A stretch of DNA of 55,492 bases, filler included, from Squatina squatina (Eukaryota), in assembly GCA_031763465.1 (NCBI GenBank). It is 3 parts of 3 records of this genome, joined end to end, with 100 filler letters (N's around TTAATTAATTAA, not from the genome) between each part and the next. Parts side by side here need not be neighbours in the genome. Positions count along the whole stretch, not along the records: positions 1 to 24,705 come from JARFOE010000001.1; 2 more parts are not named here. One strand, written 5' to 3'. Below the pieces are notes generated by a model. The model was not told the DNA's origin. It saw only the letters and a list, made by a program, of their open reading frames with translations, and searched no databases. Position numbers and translations under genes: made by a program. Numbering within the stretch: the first letter of the stretch is position 1; each line of letters begins with the position of its first letter. Of this stretch, positions 1 through 12,957 are shown in pieces.

Positions 1-172
1 CCCTTTCCCCGTAGCCATGCAAATATTTTCCTTCCAGTAATTATGCAATTCCCTTTTGAAAGCCACGATTGAGTCTGCATCCAACACCCTTTCAGGCAGT
101 GCATTCCAGATCATAACCACTCACTACGTAAAAAGGTTTTCTCTTATATTGTCTTTGGTTCTTTTGCCAATC
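1..172 (-). mobile_element. CR1 LINE 3' region fragment
   Basis: CACCCTTTCAGGCAGTGCATTCCAGATCATAACCAC is the reverse complement of the CR1 ORF2 C-terminal 'VV..WN.LP..VV' region; similar segments occur elsewhere in the window. Confidence 0.75.
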
Positions 173-1149
173 AGTATTAGTTTTTGTATCAGTTTTCAGA
201 TACTTATATTTTTCCAATCTTTAGTAAATTTTCACCTTGCTATACAGAAAACAAAATTATAATCCCAAGGTACAAAAATGTACCTTAGTTTATTTTTAAA
301 AGCACAAGAAACAGTAATTATATACAAAAAACTTTTTAACATTATACTTTAGAGCTATTTTGGGACCATTTTAAAATCAAGTAGTTAAAACAGGTAACTG
401 TAAAATATGTGCAAAACTGAAATCAACATTTGAAGAAAACTGCTAATCTTTGCATTTCTTTATTTAAATCATAAGCAGCAACAAACTTGTAATGCTAACT
501 TAAATAAACTTTTGCAGTTGACCAAATGAGAAAATAGAATTATCACTAGTGATAAAATCATTAGACCAAGATTGCTTGAGCATCAACTATAGCTCCCTTA
601 CACTGTCACCTCCCCATATGACATCAAAACTTAGTGTTTAAATTTAAACATAACAGAACGTTGACAGAATAAGGGACGGCAAATTAATTGTAATTCTTTA
701 TAATAGCTTGATTTTTAAAAGTCATCCTGATACTAATGTATATTCTCTTGAAACCAATTTGTCAGATTGCCAATCTAAAAGAATAAGATGAAAAGAAAAA
801 AAAACTAGAATCCAGATAGTGCAATACCATGTCTGAAAATATCCCAAATTGCTTCACGTACTGTTAAATGACTGAAGTATAATCACTGTGGTTATGTAGA
901 TCAAAGATCAATAAAAATCAACACCAGAGATCAGACATTTTCACAATTGGTATACTATTTCTCTGTTTAATAACAATGGAAAATGCACCATTATTCCAGT
1001 TCAAAATTACCTCTGTTATCTTTGGCAGGAGTTTCATTCTTAGCAGCCACAGTTCGGCGATTCTTTAAAAGAAAGTACAAGCAATGTCATCATTTTAAAA
1101 TGTAAAAAATAGAAAGATAACTCAGGCCACCAAGTCTACTGTTTCTAAC

Positions 1150-1590
1150 AAGTCTGGTTAGTGGTGGCAGTTTCTTCCAGTGGTGGGAGTGATGATAATG
1201 GAGGATTATACAAGAGATGTGGATGGTGAGGAGACAGAGAAATGGTCAGACATGGTACTTGCAAGCTCAAAAAAAAGTGTTGAAGTCCACATTAGTGAGT
1301 TTCAATGAATGGCTGTGGGAATTTATGTGCAAAGTGAAGTTGACAAGGACAGGACAGTGGAGAAGTTGAAAGAGAGGGAGGGGCATTTNNNNNNNNNNGA
1401 GGATAAAGGAATTCATTTTTGGAAGAGACAGCCTGGAACTTTGAATAATGTTGGAGAACGATCTTGAAGGAGAGGAAGGAAGGATAATAGAGGGAGAGGT
1501 GCTCAAAAGTGGAGAAAATAACAGAGGGGCAAGGACAAGCTGAGGTTGAATCTTGACAGGAGCTGGACTGCTGCTGCTACCGCACAGTGT
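1150..1590 (-). mobile_element. Degenerate L2-like LINE ORF2 fragment
   Basis: The minus strand is pyrimidine-rich and TGTCTGACCATTTCTCTGTC resembles the APE endonuclease 'SDHF' motif; heavily decayed. Confidence 0.35.
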
Positions 1591-1599
1591 AGAAGGTGT

Positions 1600-1672
1600 G
1601 GGCAAGAGAAGTAATACTAAAAGGGTTGATTAAGGCAGTGCAATTAATGCTGTGCCTATGGACTTTCAAAAA
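1600..1672 (+). mobile_element. CR1 RT fragment running into a gap
   Basis: GTTGATTAAGGCAGTGCAATTAATGCTGTGCCTATGGACTTTCAAAAA resembles 'VD.G.AVD.VYMDFQK'; compare 51590-51640. Confidence 0.55.
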
Positions 1673-2576
1673 NNNNNNNNNNNNNNNNNNNNNNNNNNNN
1701 NNNNNNNNNNNNNNNNNNNNNNNNNNNNNNNNNNNNNNNNNNNNNNNNNNNNNNNNNNNNNNNNNNNNNNNNNNNNNNNNNNNNNNNNNNNNNNNNNNNN
1801 NNNNNNNNNNNNNNNNNNNNNNNNNNNNNNNNNNNNNNNNNNNNNNNNNNNNNNNNNNNNNNNNNNNNNNNNNNNNNNNNNNNNNNNNNNNNNNNNNNNN
1901 NNNNNNNNNNNNNNNNNNNNNNNNNNNNNNNNNNNNNNNNNNNNNNNNNNNNNNNNNNNNNNNNNNNNNNNNNNNNNNNNNNNNNNNNNNNNNNNNNNNN
2001 NNNNNNNNNNNNNNNNNNNNNNNNNNNNNNNNNNNNNNNCAGGCTACAACCGGCAGCAGGATTCCAATCCGCACCTGAAGTCGCCCGCCTCTCTCCTGAC
2101 CCGGTTGGAAAAATCGTAGCCTTATGGTGGGGCTATTTCCTTCTAACTTGAAAGTGTTCACTTGGCTAGGACACATTTCAATGAAAACATTGAATACCTT
2201 GTCCTTCCTTCCTTGGACATCCTTCAGATATGAATTCAGACTGTGAATGTTGACAGGGTATTCGACCATGAGAAGCTGATCCTGTCCTTACTCAGCAACA
2301 ACACTCATGCCCTTTACCAACATTGGTAACAAATCAGTTGATAATAAAAAGAAAAAGAAAACTGCTAAACTGCAACTCTCTTGCCAACAATGGAGAGAAA
2401 ATACTGTAAGTGATGATTATACATTAAGAGCAGAGAAAGTTGAAGGAGCCTCTCCCCAATGGACTTTACATTTCTCTCCATCAATAACCTCAGGTTTACT
2501 CCTGAGGTACATGGAGGGTGAAGAATAAGAATTTGTAAACTAAATTACATAGAATATAAATATTGTTAAGGAATTA

Positions 2577-2705
<129 letters not shown>

Positions 2706-2960
2706 TTAATTGGGAAAAATATACACATTATAGATACAAAATAATTCTGGCATTACACAAAATGTAATTTATTTGTAGTTTAAAAATTAATATTCATACA
2801 ATGCACTCCTAATGGCTCCGGTGGTTATAGAAACAGCTGGCTAAATTATACAAACTTGGANNNNNNNNNNNNNNNNNNNNNNNNNNNNNNNNNNNNNNNN
2901 NNNNNNNNNNNNNNNNNNNNNNNNNNNNNNNNNNNNNNNNNNNNNNNNNNNNNNNNNNNN

Positions 2961-3400
2961 AATGTATTTTATAAACCTATAAAGAGTAAACAGAGGAAGG
3001 GTGTGGATGGTTAGGGACCAAAAAACAAATCTTCCAGTGGAGGCAAAGGGCATGGCTGAGGTACTAAATGAATACTTTGCATCTGTCTTTACTAAAGGAA
3101 AGGGTGTTGCAAAAAAGGAAGAGGGGTTTGAGAAAATGGATAGGATAGAATAGATAAAGAGGATGTACTTAGACAGGTGTAAGCAGTCAGAGTAGAAAAG
3201 TCACCCAGTCCAGAAATGGATACATCCAAAGTTGCTGAGGGAAGCAAGATGGAAATAGTGGAGGCTTTGGCCACAATCTTTCAATCCTCCTTGAGTGGTG
3301 TCAGAGGACTGGAGGGTTGCAAATGTTATATCCCTGTTCAAAAAAGGGGAAGAGATAAATCAGATAATTACAGGCCAGTCAGCCCACTGTGGTGGTGGAG
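2961..3400 (+). mobile_element. CR1 LINE ORF2 fragment (linker and start of RT), frameshifted
   Basis: Encodes MAEVLNEYFASVFTK, EIVEALATIFQSS, EDWRVANV..LFKKG and DNYRPVS across shifting frames. Confidence 0.9.
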
Positions 3401-3739
3401 AAACTTAGAGACCAGAACTCAAGGTCTTCTCTTGGCAGCTTTTTTAAAGGGCCACAATGGAACTACAAGCTCTGATGGGTGAAATCCAAAATGTTAGCCT
3501 TTTTTAGTTGCTGATTAACTTGTGGCAGATCTCCAGCATTTTCTTTTCATGTTGATAGAGATTTCTTTCTTGAAATTTTCTTCCTGTACGTGTTCGCATC
3601 ACTACCATTATTGAAGCATTGAATATAAAACAAAGAAGTNNNNNNNNNNNNNNNNNNNNNNNNNNNNNNNNNNNNNNNNNNNNNNNNNNNNNNNNNNNNN
3701 NNNNNNNNNNNNNNNNNNNNNNNNNNNNNNNNNNNNNNN

Positions 3740-4162
3740 TACACCCCAGCATAGGACTGCTTCCAGGCAGGGCCTTGCAGGTAGGCCAGGGAGGGTAATA
3801 TAAGTGCAGCTGCAGGCCTCACCATCAGCCTAAGAATTCATGGGGAGTCTGGAAGAGAAAGGTGGGACATCTCTTTTCACACCTCCCCTGCCCTGTTGCT
3901 GGTCCTTTTGAGCTCCCCGCCACCTCCCTTGTCACCTGCCCCCGGCTCTTGGTGTTGGCCCGCTCAGCATCGGTGCCCACCAATTTCCCACCCTCCCAGT
4001 CCTACAGCGTGGCTCCCACTTGCCACCTGCAGCTCTCTGGCAGCATGTAAATGAGGCTCGGGCCTTCAAATGGCTCAGACCTCAGGTCAGCATCAACTGG
4101 CAGGTGGAGCAGCCACTTCACTGGCTTCGCGCCTGTTTCGGGCACTACTTGAAAATTGCCCC
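3740..4162. mobile_element. GC-rich non-autonomous DNA transposon-like repeat (probably PIF/Harbinger-type)
   Basis: GC-rich block ending in GAAAATTGCCCC, similar to termini at 14512, 26627, 45566 and 52499; family inferred. Confidence 0.35.
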
Positions 4163-7100
4163 ACCTTACAATTCCTTTCCTATTGGTAGGGCGGGGTTTC
4201 TCTGTACGTTGAAAATAATTGGCTTTCTTTCCCTTTATTTTTACTTTATTTAAAATTGGGATACAGAAATTTGCACGTGTGATAGTGTGGGAAAAAATAA
4301 TTGGGGAAAATATAATTATTTATAGAAAGATGCAGATGAGTTTATCTTGTTCTCCAGTGTAGAATTATATACAAGACTGGGGCTAACAAATTAAATGCAA
4401 AGCTTCAGTCCTGAAAACATTGAATCTAGTTACCAAGTCTGGTGATTGGACCTCAGGCAATGAATCACAATGAGCAGTTGTTGCTGATCATCCATATTAA
4501 TCTATAGACCATGCTTGACCAATAATAAATGTTAATGAGAAAAACTGTGTCCCTGACGTGAATGCCCTTGGGGTGGGGGGGAATGGATGTTGGCTTCATT
4601 TGTATGGGCATTCATACTGAAACCTGAAAATGCAAGCGATGATCAGCAGTGCCGAAGATTGCTGAGAACCCAGTAGGTGGGTGCATCAAAACTTAGGAAA
4701 GGTAGCTGAGTAAAACAGGAAAAATGGAAGTGGGGAGGGGGAGGATAGAGTATGAAATGTCGAAGAACCAAAAACAACACTTAACAAAGAACAAAAGGAA
4801 CAAAGAAAAAAGGGAAGACTTAAGAGAAAAATGATTACCAACAAAATCATAGGAGGATGGAAAGAAGATGAGCAAAAATAAAGAATAGCACAAAGAATGT
4901 GAAGAGAAAAAATGTTTGATGACTTAAATTTGATCTGAATTCTATGAAATGGAAGACTGGGCTTCATCTGGACGCATTCATTTAAAGTCATGGATCAATT
5001 ATTAAGCTGAACCCACAGGCAAAGGAGAAAGTAGGGCNNNNNNNNNNNNNNNNNNNNNNNNNNNNNNNNNNNNNNNNNNNNNNNNNNNNNNNNNNNNNNN
5101 NNNNNNNNNNNNNNNNNNNNNNNNNNNNNNNNNNNNNNNNNNNNNNNNNNNNNNNNNNNNNNNNNNNNNNNNNNNNNNNNNNNNNNNNNNNNNNNNNNNN
5201 NNNNNNNNNNNNNNNNNNNNNNNNNNNNNNNNNNNNNNNNNNNNNNNNNNNNNNNNNNNNNNNNNNNNNNNNNNNNNNNNNNNNNNNNNNNNNNNNNNNN
5301 NNNNNNNNNNNNNNNNNNNNNNNNNNNNNNNNNNNNNNNNNNNNNNNNNNNNNNNNNNNNNNNNNNNNNNNNNNNNNNNNNNNNNNNNNNNNNNNNNNNN
5401 NNNNNNNNNNNNNNNNNNNNNNNNNNNNNNNNNNNNNNNNNNNNNNNNNNNNNNNNNNNNNNNNNNNNNNNNNNNNNNNNNNNNNNNNNNNNNNNNNNNN
5501 NNNNNNNNNNNNNNNNNNNNNNNNNNNNNNNNNNNNNNNNNNNNNNNNNNNNNNNNNNNNNNNNNNNNNNNNNNNNNNNNNNNNNNNNNNNNNNNNNNNN
5601 NNNNNNNNNNNNNNNNNNNNNNNNNNNNNNNNNNNNNNNNNNNNNNNNNNNNNNNNNNNNNNNNNNNNNNNNNNNNNNNNNNNNNNNNNNNNNNNNNNNN
5701 NNNNNNNNNNNNNNNNNNNNNNNNNNNNNNNNNNNNNNNNNNNNNNNNNNNNNNNNNNNNNNNNNNNNNNNNNNNNNNNNNNNNNNNNNNNNNNNNNNNN
5801 NNNNNNNNNNNNNNNNNNNNNNNNNNNNNNNNNNNNNNNNNNNNNNNNNNNNNNNNNNNNNNNNNNNATTATGACAAGTGGGTCCAAATATGCGTGGCCA
5901 GATTCCTATCGTTCCCATTAGCAAGAGTGTGTCTATCAATACACACTTTAAAAAACCCACCTTCATCTTGTCTCCAATAGCAAGAAGCAGTTGTTTTCAA
6001 ACCCATTCTGGCCTATGTACATGATGCAACATGCGTTCTGTTCATCTTATTTGAGTTAGTTATAAATGAATGTTTACAAAGACCCAATTCTAGGGTTCAG
6101 AGATTTGTCTGTCTCTCAAGATTAATCTCCATATTTAAATCTTTCCCTCAGGCTCTAAATGTGTTGCCTCTACATTTTCCATTCACAGGCTATTAGAAAT
6201 GTATATAAACAGGACGTAATGTGACCATATTCAAGTGTAAGGGTTAATCAGTTTGATCTCCTCTGCTGACATAAGGTTATGGCAGCTTTTTTTCAATGGA
6301 CTTAAAGAAAGTGATAAATCAGTTACTGTGAAATAATCAGCAAACTGGAAAGACACATGTTTCCTTTTCCATTGTATGTTGTGTCTAAAGCTGTTCCTGA
6401 AATTGCAATATTCGCTACCAGTGCACGGTCAAGAATCTTTTAAAAATAACAGTAAGAAAAAATCTTTGCAGCACATAATATGTCTTTTAATAATATTCAC
6501 ATGGAATATTAGACTTTGTAAAACTGACCATGACATAAGCATCCTTATATTACTAGGAAGAAGAGAAAGGATTTTATTTTCATTTCTTCAATCCCATCTT
6601 CTAACTCGATANNNNNNNNNNNNNNNNNNNNNNNNNNNNNNNNNNNNNNNNNNNNNNNNNNNNNNNNNNNNNNNNNNNNNNNNNATGTTGGAAAACTTAA
6701 CATCAGCCTCAGCTGTACCATGTCTGGCTGAAGTGTTCTGCCTGTTGCCTAGTTACTGCAGGATGGCTTGTCTGAAAAGATTATTAACTGATCTACAAGT
6801 ACAATATGTTACAGACAAAGGAAATTTGCATCAGTTCAAGAGTCCATTGAAAATCTCTTCCTTTTTTCTTCTAAGAAAATCAGTTAAAGGCAGAGAAACC
6901 GCAACTTGAAACATTCAATATTTCAGCAAGTTGTTTGGCTTTTTTTGAACAGAGCAAAATGTGTCTATTGTTAACGACAGAATCTAAACCCACTTGTGTC
7001 ACAACTGTTTCTGTTGTATGTTGAGGGTCTGATTGTGAGATTTGCCTGCACCATGAGACCACTTGCAGCTACACTAAGGATAGTATTTCAATGCACAATA

Positions 7101-7727
7101 CAAAATTAAACATAGATGGGAAAGTAGTGCAGTAGTTCTGCGCACCACTTTATCTCCATCCTCCACTTTCATCAAAATACAAAACATTTTGTATTCGATA
7201 AAATTAAAGCAAAAATGGAAAATTACATGTTGGATTCCTTGGGATAAAAGAATGCAGTTTTTTCCCATTCACATGAAATATATGAGATTATCATGATGAA
7301 GGATCCTTCATTACTTGAGAGATCTTATCAACATCACCAGAATAATGCCCAGATAAGCGTGATTCTTGATTAGAATTTTGTTGGAGGTGCCAAGCCAACA
7401 GTACTACTGAGGCTGGTCCAGCTATGGGTTTCCCCTCATGCCCCTGCTCTACCTCTCCCCAACATTTTCCTCTTCTCCCTCAATGTCCACATGTGAATGA
7501 AAAATGTCTGAGACTTTGGTTGACTGTGTGCCCTCCTCTGCTGAAACTTTGGTTTCTATGGATAAAGCGTGATCTGAAAAATACAATAGTACACCATATA
7601 CATGAGGGTGGGTGGGGGGCATGGGAGNNNNNNNNNNNNNNNNNNNNNNNNNNNNNNNNNNNNNNNNNNNNNNNNNNNNNNNNNNNNNNNNNNNNNNNNN
7701 NNNNNNNNNNNNNNNNNNNNNNNNNNN

Positions 7728-8865
7728 CAAACTGCCCCATCCTAGTCTCTCGCTGACCTTACTGACCAGCGCGCCTGCTGGGGACTAATCTTTCCTGCTT
7801 CCTTCCCGTTCCATTCACCCCTCCCAATGCTGACCCTGTGGATTCTGCCAGTGGATCACGTATCACTGCCCCTCTCCGCATCTCCCACCACAGTGTCCAT
7901 TCACTTGTGAACAAGGTCCTTGCCATTCATGAGCTTATTTTGGATGATTGCATCAAAATCATGGCCTTAACGGAAACCTATCTGAGAAGTGATGACACCT
8001 TCCTCCTAAATGAAGCCTCCTCGCCTAGACCACTGTGCTGGCAGTGTGGCTCTTGTCACCAAATCACACCTTGATCTGTCCCCCTACTCCTCCGGCACCT
8101 TCTGCTCCTTTGAGCATCCTGCCTTGTTCCATCTCTCTTGCCTCCCATTTAATATCCTTGCTCTCTACCTTCCATCCAAGTACCACTCCAAATTTCTCAC
8201 CGAGATATCTTCAAACTTTCCTCCCTCAGTCTGTGCACTGAGTGACTTCTCATCCTCTGTGATTTCAACCTCCATCTCAACTCATTATGCTCTCTCTTCT
8301 CTGAGTTCACTGCCTTCCTATCCAATGTTCCTGTAATTCATTTTGGCGCTACACGGCCCTTTTAAAGGAGCTGCACAGGCCATTCAAGATATCACACGCG
8401 GGGTTTTTGTATTGAAAAGCTGCAAGGCAGCTGTGCAGGACCACTGGAGCGCTGCACAGCCTCACAGCTTAAAGGGAACATTGCTCCTCTCATTGTATCA
8501 ACTACATCTAATCACTTCCTTGTATCACTTTCCACCCGCATCCCCCTCCCCCTTCCAATCCAAATACCTTCTGGGAAAAAACTCACTCCCAAGTCACTTA
8601 CAACTGCACTTTCAAATTCCCAAATGTCCAGCGTTTGGCCTTTCATTCACCACGACATTTATGCAGCTACCGCTCTGCTCAATCACACCCTCCACTCCAC
8701 CTTTGATACCCTAGTCCCCATTAAAACCATTATTCTCCCTCACCCTGGCCGTTCCCCCTGGTATGGCCCACATCTTTGCTCCCTTAAATCCAAGGGATGC
8801 AGACTTGAACATTTATAACAGTTTAACCATTCATTGCCAGTTCTGGCTGGTACAAATATCGGGTC
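7728..8865 (+). mobile_element. L2-clade LINE ORF2 5' part (APE endonuclease), decayed and interrupted by a MITE
   Basis: SLVNKVLAIHELILDDCIKIMALTETYL (ETW-like motif), VALVTK, GATTTCAACCTCCATCTC ('DFNLHL'), then LNHTLHSTFDTLVP and RSPWY. Confidence 0.85.
8323..8483. mobile_element. hAT-type MITE nested in L2
   Basis: TIRs CAATGTTCCTGTAA ... TTAAAGGGAACATTG; flanking 8-mers TTCCTATC and CTCCTCTC match at 6/8, consistent with a decayed 8-bp TSD. Confidence 0.75.
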
Positions 8866-10619
8866 NNNNNNNNNNNNNNNNNNNNNNNNNNNNNNNNNNN
8901 NNNNNNNNNNNNNNNNNNNNNNNNNNNNNNNNNNNNNNNNNNNNNNNNNNNNNNNNNNNNNNNNNTATTACATTGGTTGCTTTCCAGTCCTCCGGCACAC
9001 AACCAATAGAACCCTAAAATGTAATTTCCTGGGCATCCGCTATTTCTTCCCCCGTTTCTGTCAGCACCGTTGGACATATCCTGTCAAGTCTTGGCATACT
9101 TTCTTTCTTTAGCTTAACTAACTTCCCTTATACTTCATTTTATTTATTATAATTTCTCTCATTTTACTTCTTAGCAACTCTAGATTTCACTCCTCCCAAG
9201 TATCATGCTTTTGTTTTAAATTACGATAAACTAAAACCTAAGAACCTTTTATGTGGGCCTTTTAATTACTTACAGGTATTTTGTTTAATTAAAAGAAAAC
9301 AATAGGAGAATGAGGCTGGTGGCTTCAGTCACATGCAGAAACAAATGTGGTAAATAGCCTGTCATGTCTGTCTCTGTATATTGGTTACGTTGGGAATTAA
9401 TAGGAAAGCACATTTTGCAGTTTCCCATTCTGCGAAATTCAAAGATAGTATGCCTGGTGAAAGGATAGGTAGCATTCTGTTTTGATTATATTTTTAAAAA
9501 TGTATTTTGAATATTTTATACTTATATATTGTCAGTAGTAGAATTACTACTAAATAATTGTTGCAGAGCAATCCTTTTAACATATGAAAAAGATTAATCT
9601 TTATTGTTTTATGTCTACAAAAATCATGAGCCGATACTGAAAGGGTTACCTGGAATCGGAATTGGTAAGAATCACTTCATTTGTCCTAATTCCTATGGCC
9701 AGTGCAGTAGGTTATCAGTAGAACTGATTATAACACATGAGTGTATCCTCCAGGGTCCTTCTGGTATTCATTCCTATTCTACACTTCACAGCACCCATTC
9801 ATCAATTACTGGTCAGTGGCACNNNNNNNNNNNNNNNNNNNNNNNNNNNNNNNNNNNNNNNNNNNNNNNNNNNNNNNNNNNNNNNNNNNNNNNNNNNNNN
9901 NNNNNNNNNNNNNNNNNNNNNNNNNNNNNNNNNNNNNNNNNNNNNNNNNNNNNNNNNNNNNNNNNNNNNNNNNNNNNNNNNNNNNNNNNNNNNNNNNNNN
10001 NNNNNNNNNNNNNNNNNNNNNNNNNNNNNNNNNNNNNNNNNNNNNNNNNNNNNNNNNNNNNNNNNNNNNNNNNNNNNNNNNNNNNNNNNNNNNNNNNNNN
10101 NNNNNNNNNNNNNNNNNNNNNNNNNNNNNNNNNNNNNNNNNNNNNNNNNNNNNNNNNNNNNNNNNNNNNNNNNNNNNNNNNNNNNNNNNNNNNNNNNNNN
10201 NNNNNNNNNNNNNNNNNNNNNNNNNNNNNNNNNNNNNNNNNNNNNNNNNNNNNNNNNNNNNNNNNNNNNNNNNNNNNNNNNNNNNNNNNGCAATACTCGT
10301 TCTTTCTGCAATTTGATAAATTGTCTCAAATGAACCCCGAAAGCCTTATTGTGAGATGTATGTAGCTTCACCTGATTGCCTGCTCCGGTTTCACCAAAGA
10401 TCCTATGAGATTTGGAATGTCTCTCCATTGAAACTCACTTTGGCACAATATATAAAAAATAAATCCTTGCTATTTTGTGGCTTACTCCGTGCTTTGGATC
10501 CCTTAGGATTACTTCCACAAAAGGTATCAAATCCTGTTGAATTTTTCCTATCGTCCATTATGTGGGATGTCTAGTTAGGGCAGACTGCAAAAGCATCAAT
10601 GTAAAGAATTGGTTGTTGC

Positions 10620-10992
10620 AGGAAAGAGAGAGGCAGACAGACAAAGAGTGAGAGAGGCAGAGAGAGTCAGAGACAGAGATAGCGAAAGACAGACAAAGGG
10701 AGGGAGAGAAAGAGAGACAGAGAGAGAGAGAGAGAAAGAGAGGGACAGCTAGAGGGAGACAGAGAGGCACAGAAATAGAGACAGAGAGAAAGAGACAGAG
10801 TCAGAGAGAGATAGAGAGAGAGAGAGAGAGACAGACAGAGGCAGTGAGAGAGAACAGAGAGACAGAAAGAGACAGACAGAGACAGAAAGAAGCAGAAGCA
10901 GAGAGAGAGGCAGAGAGACAGATATATAGAGACAGAGACACAGAGAGACAGAGACAACGACTGCAAGACAGAGAAAGGAAGAGAGAGAGAGA
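10620..10992. repeat. Imperfect (GA)n/(GACA)n simple repeat
   Basis: About 370 bp of AG/ACAG repeats seen directly; explains the SL-rich and ER-rich spurious ORFs. Confidence 0.95.
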
Positions 10993-12545
10993 CTGTTTAC
11001 AAATTCACAGTGTGCATGGCATTCCATCACAACATTCCAAGCTGCCAACACACACATGCACGCATGAGCACAGTATGCGGCTGCTGCAGTGTGTGGGGGC
11101 AGGGGGGGTATTCTACCAGACATCACACATCTTATCAGTAGTTGTGTTAAGGTGTCCATGGAAACTGTATAATAGATTTGCCCTAATTCAGTCCCAGAGG
11201 CTGCAATGATGCACAGTGCAAAATTTGTTGGAGCTTGAATTCTTTTNNNNNNNNNNNNNNNNNNNNNNNNNNNNNNNNNNNNNNNNNNNNNNNNNNNNNN
11301 NNNNNNNNNNNNNNNNNNNNNNNNNNNNNNNNNNNNNNNNNNNNNNNNNNNNNNNNNNNNNNNNNNNNNNNNNNNNNNNNNNNNNNNNNNNNNNNNNNNN
11401 NNNNNNNNNNNNNNNNNNNNNNNNNNNNNNNNNNNNNNNNNNNNNNNNNNNNNNNNNNNNNNNNNNNNNNNNNNNNNNNNNNNNNNNNNNNNNNNNNNNN
11501 NNNNNNNNNNNNNNNNNNNNNNNNNNNNNNNNNNNNNNNNNNNNNNNNNNNNNNNNNNNNNNNNNNNNNNNNNNNNNNNNNNNNNNNNNNNNNNNNNNNN
11601 NNNNNNNNNNNNNNNNNNNAGCTTGGAAATGATTAGAGTTTCGTTTTGTGGTGTATTCAATGGGGCTCCATTGAATTGTAACCTATATACGAGGTGAATT
11701 GGTCCATATATTGTTCAGGAATCCTACAGGCAGCACAGCATCGATTTCCCATTCTCAGTACCTTTGCTTAGGTAACAGTTATTAAGGGGTCACCAGCACT
11801 GAATCTTGGCCCTTCATCTCAGGCATATAAAAGCAGCACTTATTTTACATATACAGTATCAGACAGAAAAAGCATAAAGCAAGGAATCAACTGAAGCTGA
11901 GACGTTTATCCCTAATAGCAAAGCACCCAAAATATGGAAGTAGTAGCGGTTCAGAACTCATTATTTAAATTTAATTTGGGTGAGAAATAAACATTTAATC
12001 TAACCTGCCCAGTCAGATCAAACGCCCTTTTTACACTCTGCCCGATTTTACTTTACATTGAATTCAATTTCCCGAAGGGTGGGATAGGTTCAATTTACTG
12101 TCTTTATTTATGTTTAAGTGTAACTAAGCTGGTTGTTAATTGTACATTCATTGTTTTTTGTAATAATCTAAGTCAATTATTCAGACTTTTCACAAAAATT
12201 CTTAAGGTTTTATCAAAGCATATTAGCAGCGGAAATGGTTGGACTTTTTGAAATAGGTTAATAACTAGGTGAATAATTTAGATTCTTCCTCCCCCCTCCC
12301 CGTGGCTTTAGACAAAGGTAGAAAATATTCAATAGGCTAATCAACTGACTAGCTCCTTGGCTCAGAGAGATGGGTAATTTTTGTACAGATTGCTAATTAT
12401 GTGAATAATGATAATTGTTCCTTAGATCTAGAGAACGGTAGTTATTGCAAAATATTTTAATAAGACAGCTGGAATATATTTAGATGCTATAAGTAAGATA
12501 TTTTTCACCTAAATTGGAAATATAAGATTACAATTTTACTTACAC

Positions 12546-12957
12546 CAGTACTGTCAAATACATTAGCCACTAGCCACATGGGGCTAATTGGGAATCCAGA
12601 TGTGGCTAATTGCATTTCTGATTAGTGAATAAAAAATGAGTAATAGACACTGTCATTGGGCATTGATCTCAAAACTCTTATTTGCACAGTGCATATGCAT
12701 GTGTACTTTAACCTTTTTGTGTATTTGTTGGTTGGTAAAATGGTAAGGTGAAAAGCAGAGTGTGCAAGTGCTTTTCGATCAGAGTGAGTGTATTACTTCC
12801 TTGGTGACTGAATGATGGTAATTTAAAAAAAAGTAAATATACACATATGTGTGTAAGTGTGTAAAAGCATTTTACACTAAAATTAGCGCATGTAGCAAAA
12901 GTGGTGTTGCCATAGCCACACCTGTGGCTAGTCAGCACTTTCTATTGGACTGTATTT
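12546..12957. mobile_element. Non-autonomous hAT-Charlie (MER3/MER33-like) element
   Basis: Left end CAGTACTGTCAAATACATTAGCCACTAGCCACATG; right end GTGGCTAG...TATTGGACTGTATTT; TIR matches at 11/15 with subterminal TAGCCAC/GTGGCTA repeats. Confidence 0.7.

Noticed and set aside
10558-11209. SL-rich and ER-rich ORFs
   Set aside because: Translations of a GA microsatellite.
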